A stretch of DNA of 63,997 bases, filler included, from Sphacelaria rigidula (taxonomy: Eukaryota): the NCBI GenBank assembly GCA_964200075.2. It is 4 parts of 4 records of this genome, joined end to end, with 100 filler letters (N's around TTAATTAATTAA, not from the genome) between each part and the next. Parts side by side here need not be neighbours in the genome. Positions count along the whole stretch, not along the records: positions 48,160 to 63,997 come from CAXNAA020001573.1; 3 more parts are not named here. One strand, written 5' to 3'. Of this stretch, positions 60,801 through 63,997 are shown one piece after another (the stretch's first letter is position 1; each line of letters begins with the position of its first letter). Position numbers and translations under genes: made by a program. Under the pieces are notes generated by a model, which did no database searches, was not told where the DNA came from, and worked only from the letters and a program-made list of their open reading frames with translations.

Positions 60801-63715
60801 TTTCCCTTTCACGCAAGATAGATAGAAGGTCGGTTTCCGAAGGGAGAGCATCGTGCGACCTTCACGCGCTTCACCACGAGTTTGCCGGCGGCCACAACGG
60901 CGCTGTGGCGATGGATGCGAGCCAAAATGCTTCCGTCACCGACCAAGTTCCACTACACGTTTAACATGCGAGAGCTGTCTCGAGTCTTCCAGGCGAGATA
61001 CCACCACAGACCGAATCACCATGGCCCAGTTAACGTCCGGTTTGTGTAGAAGGATCGCCAGCTATCTTTGTACACTACGTAACCGTGCCTACCACCACAT
61101 ACATCACAAGAGAGTAGGACGTGGACCGTGGAAACGCAACTGTTCAAATATGTTTTTGTCTTGCTGCCTTGGTTCTCTCTCCACTTCCTCTTCCTTCTTT
61201 GCTATTTAGTCTTCCCTCTCATCCTATTTGTTTGGTTGAGAGTCTCCCCCTAAACATGCGATCCCCAGACAGCTGGGTCGGTCTCTGCTTCCTTCACGAC
61301 CTGGGGTTTTGTAGGACCCCCTATCTGAAGCTTTGGCAAGGACCTGCCGCTCGTTTTTCCCGGGGTCGGTGCAAATTCTTAGCCTGGCGTGCCATGTTTG
61401 TTGTATCCTTCTTCTCTTCTCCTTTTTGCTGTTTGCTGGAGTTTCCTCAGAAAGAGTTCCCGTTTACTCACCGTGCGTACGTGTATCTTGTGACTCCGAC
61501 TGGGTTGGTGGCGAATCATTTGTTGTGCGGCAATCCGTTAATCAACCAACCAATCGAACAACCCGTCGATACCAGAGCAACACCGGGTAGACGATGCTTG
61601 CGGGTAGCCTGGCATTTCTGGCTCTGAGGTTTCAGAAGGCTGTCGTCGTCACTTATCATCTTGAAGTACCCTTGTGCTCTTCTATGTGCCGACCGCCTTG
61701 AGCCTGCCTAAAAGGACGGGCGAGCAATCACTTCTTGGAAGACCTAGAGCTCTGTGTCACTTGGGGGTATTCACGACAGTGGAAGATTGTTTATTCTGTT
61801 GTGGGTGTACACCGTGACTTGGGATGTGTGTATCGTGGCGCGGCCCTCGATGTGTCAGTACACGATGACTTGCCGTGATTTGTTGTGCCGAGCTCTATGC
61901 AAACCATCGAGCGCTTGTTGTGCACCTCTTGAAGAGTCAGCAACGAGTCTGAACTTTGGAGTCGCTTTAGCCTAGATGCATTTGTTGGCATTCATTCAAC
62001 TGCTTTGTGTACTCATGACGCTTTCCTCATTACAACGTATCTCATAAATACACACAGTGACTGCACATATCGTTGTCGCAGTATAGGTAGTGAAGCACCG
62101 ACAAGGACTCAGTCAATGTGTCCGCTCGCTCACCATGTTCCTGTCCGGTCTCCAATCCACTGCACAGGGGCTACTTCGCGCCCCCAAGGCCAGTATTCCC
62201 AACGAGGTGTGTCTCGTCAAACTGTGGCGACATGAATGTTGCCGCGTGTTTGCAGACAAGCTGACAACCCTCGAAGACAAGGTTGCGTTCCAAAAGGAGC
62301 TGGATCATCAGACCGCGATGATGGGACACAGCGTGCTCGGTTCCGCGGAGGTGAGAGACGGCGCCATTCATCCCCGGTAGCATAGGAAAGGGTTTGGGTG
62401 AAGAAAATTTGACGGGAACAGCAGCACCGATGTCGACAAGAACATCAGCATCCAGAGTCACATCTCTTTCTCCTACTGGCCATCTCGTTTCTGTGCTGGC
62501 GACTCGGGGCGCGTGTATTGACCGTTGGCACTTCGGTGTATCAATCTAGCGCACGACGGCAGTACAGTGATGTGGTATGCGAGACGGTTCCTGTAAGATT
62601 CACCCCTGGTTCGGCTGAATCCCGACAAGGTACTGGAGAAATCGTTGGTGCAACCCGCGAATCCTCTGATCCCGCCCATGTACCAGAGGTTGCGACTTGG
62701 AACTACGAGCACGACAGTCGCGTTTGGCAGTTCGCTTTTCCAATGATCATATTCGTGTGGTGATTTCCATAGCGTGTTTGCTTTCATGTGCTTGATTATC
62801 GCACATGAACTGAACAGTACCCACAAGAGGGACCCAGCTGTAGCCATGATCCATAAGATAGACGTACTCAAGGCTAACAAAATGGGAATGATTTCTAAAG
62901 AAGAGAGCTGGACAAAAAACCCGAAGATGGAGCAGGCAGAGGAAAGCTGAAAACACGAAACAAGAACGAAAACGAGCCAACATGCAAACAACAACAAATA
63001 CAAAGCCGACAGCAGAAAAGCGAAAGGGAAGGAATAGGGACGAACGGCAACAAAGCCGATCCCGATAAAAAAATAGTCGAAGTTAAAGGAAAAACAATAG
63101 GCGAGTTGAACTTAGAAAATGACCGGTCCCTGCAGCATGACTTCAGATGGACGAGGTCGCGTGAAAAATCCCATGCACCCGTACGCAAAAAAGACCGTGG
63201 AAGCAGATTGCGGCTCAGCTGTTCAAGCAATACTATTTGGGCATAAGCTCTTACCCACGAGTCCTACTGAAGTAAGGCTCCACGCTGCACTTATGTGACA
63301 TCTTGAATCTATTTCGTGTGATGTCGTCATGCAGTATAATGTGAACCTTGAAGTAGCATTCTTCGCCGTGGGCTTGTACATTCGGCCCATCTAATGCTAC
63401 AATGTGCTTCTAGGCTTGTCCTACATCATGGTAAGCTTGATATGGTGCCACAAAGCACTGCTTCGCGGACGATACTACCTGAGATACTAGCGTCAAAGCG
63501 AGTTGATTGACGTCCTTCCCATGACCTTGGGGATCTATGTCGCAAAACTTCTCCCGTTACAGGGATGTATGTTGACGTACGAGATGGTGACTGGGGAGCA
63601 CCCTGCAGAAGACGAGGAATCCCCACCGGTGGACGAAACGACGCTACAAAACGCTGTTACACAGGAGGCGTTTTTCGTCGACTTCTTGAGGCCCGACGAG
63701 TACGATGAGGACGGG
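48882..63715 (+). CDS. Axonemal dynein heavy chain, outer-arm gamma type (DNAH5/DNAH8-like); internal portion AAA1-AAA3
   Basis: 21 in-frame exons: 48882-48992, 49774-49926, 50313-50453, 50736-50888, 51281-51474, 52494-52674, 53140-53304, 53897-54070, 54532-54666, 55480-55631, 55946-56054, 56902-57047, 57425-57555, 58266-58447, 58886-59032, 59542-59643, 59993-60094, 60349-60495, 60822-60992, 62168-62350, 63563-63715. Motifs: [94 protein letters not shown]. Confidence 0.96.
49212..49643. mobile_element. Foldback/MITE-like element
   Basis: AACACGG...CCGTGTT termini with ~130-bp imperfect inverted arms (AATTAAAATCTT/AAGATTTTTAATT; CTATTGACA/TGTCAATAG). Confidence 0.75.
55039..55445 (+). mobile_element. 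tRNA-headed SINE with nested antisense fragment of the same family (~55113-55205)
   Basis: A-box-like CGGTTCAATGG and B-box-like GGTTCGATGTCC; body and tail similar to 57921-58240. The insert is the reverse complement of the SINE 3' end. Confidence 0.7.
56270..56623 (-). mobile_element. tRNA-headed SINE (second family)
   Basis: The minus strand begins GCCCCGGTGGCTCAGTTGGT (A box) ... GGTTCAATTC (B box), continues ~280 bp and ends in an (AC)-rich tail. Confidence 0.7.
57921..58240 (+). mobile_element. tRNA-headed SINE
   Basis: GCCCCGGTGGTGTAATGG (A box) ... GGTTCGATTCCC (B box), no acceptor stem, then a body ending GAGACCACGG...TTCAAAGTGCGAC and an A-rich tail. Confidence 0.75.
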
Positions 63716-63997
63716 GTGCGTGTCCGTCGTAACCGATGTTGAGCAATGCATCATGCCATGTGCACTATCCTGCTGCTAGTGCGTTCTTTCCAACACTTCC
63801 CGTGGGAGACTATGTGGAGCAGTGCATCATGCACTGTGCATTGTGCATTGTGCTTCTATGATGGTGCATTGCTTCACACAGCATGTGCTACACGCGAGAA
63901 ATAATGTGCGGGTTGTTCCGGCCTCTTGTATGCGCCCACCTCCCCCAACGAACGCTTACTTCAGTCGCCGTGACTGCCTTGTACGTATGACCCAACG

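Overview
This is eukaryotic, intron-rich DNA, most consistent with a brown alga or related photosynthetic stramenopile. The evidence is short exons with 0.3-2 kb introns, bipartite plastid presequences and an axonemal dynein. It is not one contiguous locus: four segments (1-15956, 16057-32011, 32112-48059, 48160-63997) are joined by identical 100-bp N44-TTAATTAATTAA-N44 linkers, so adjacency across linkers carries no meaning. Segment 1 has a minus-strand PPR gene that carries an intact 4.5-kb non-autonomous LTR element in an intron. It lies head-to-head with a plus-strand gene whose spliced exons encode a plastid presequence, a fibronectin-III-like domain and an EMAPII/Trbp111-type tRNA-binding OB fold; this fusion is the most unusual item in the window. 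Segment 2 is a nest of degenerate Ty3/gypsy elements and solo LTRs. Segment 3 has the 3' end of a PPIL3-type cyclophilin, a complete plastid-targeted TauE/SafE gene and the 5' part of an EF-hand gene. Segment 4 has 21 exons of an outer-arm gamma-type (DNAH5/8-like) dynein heavy chain, with three GC-AG introns. Introns are densely populated by foldback MITE-like elements, tRNA-headed SINEs and LINE-type 3' tails. All exon calls were made by eye from splice signals and protein motifs; no database searches were run.
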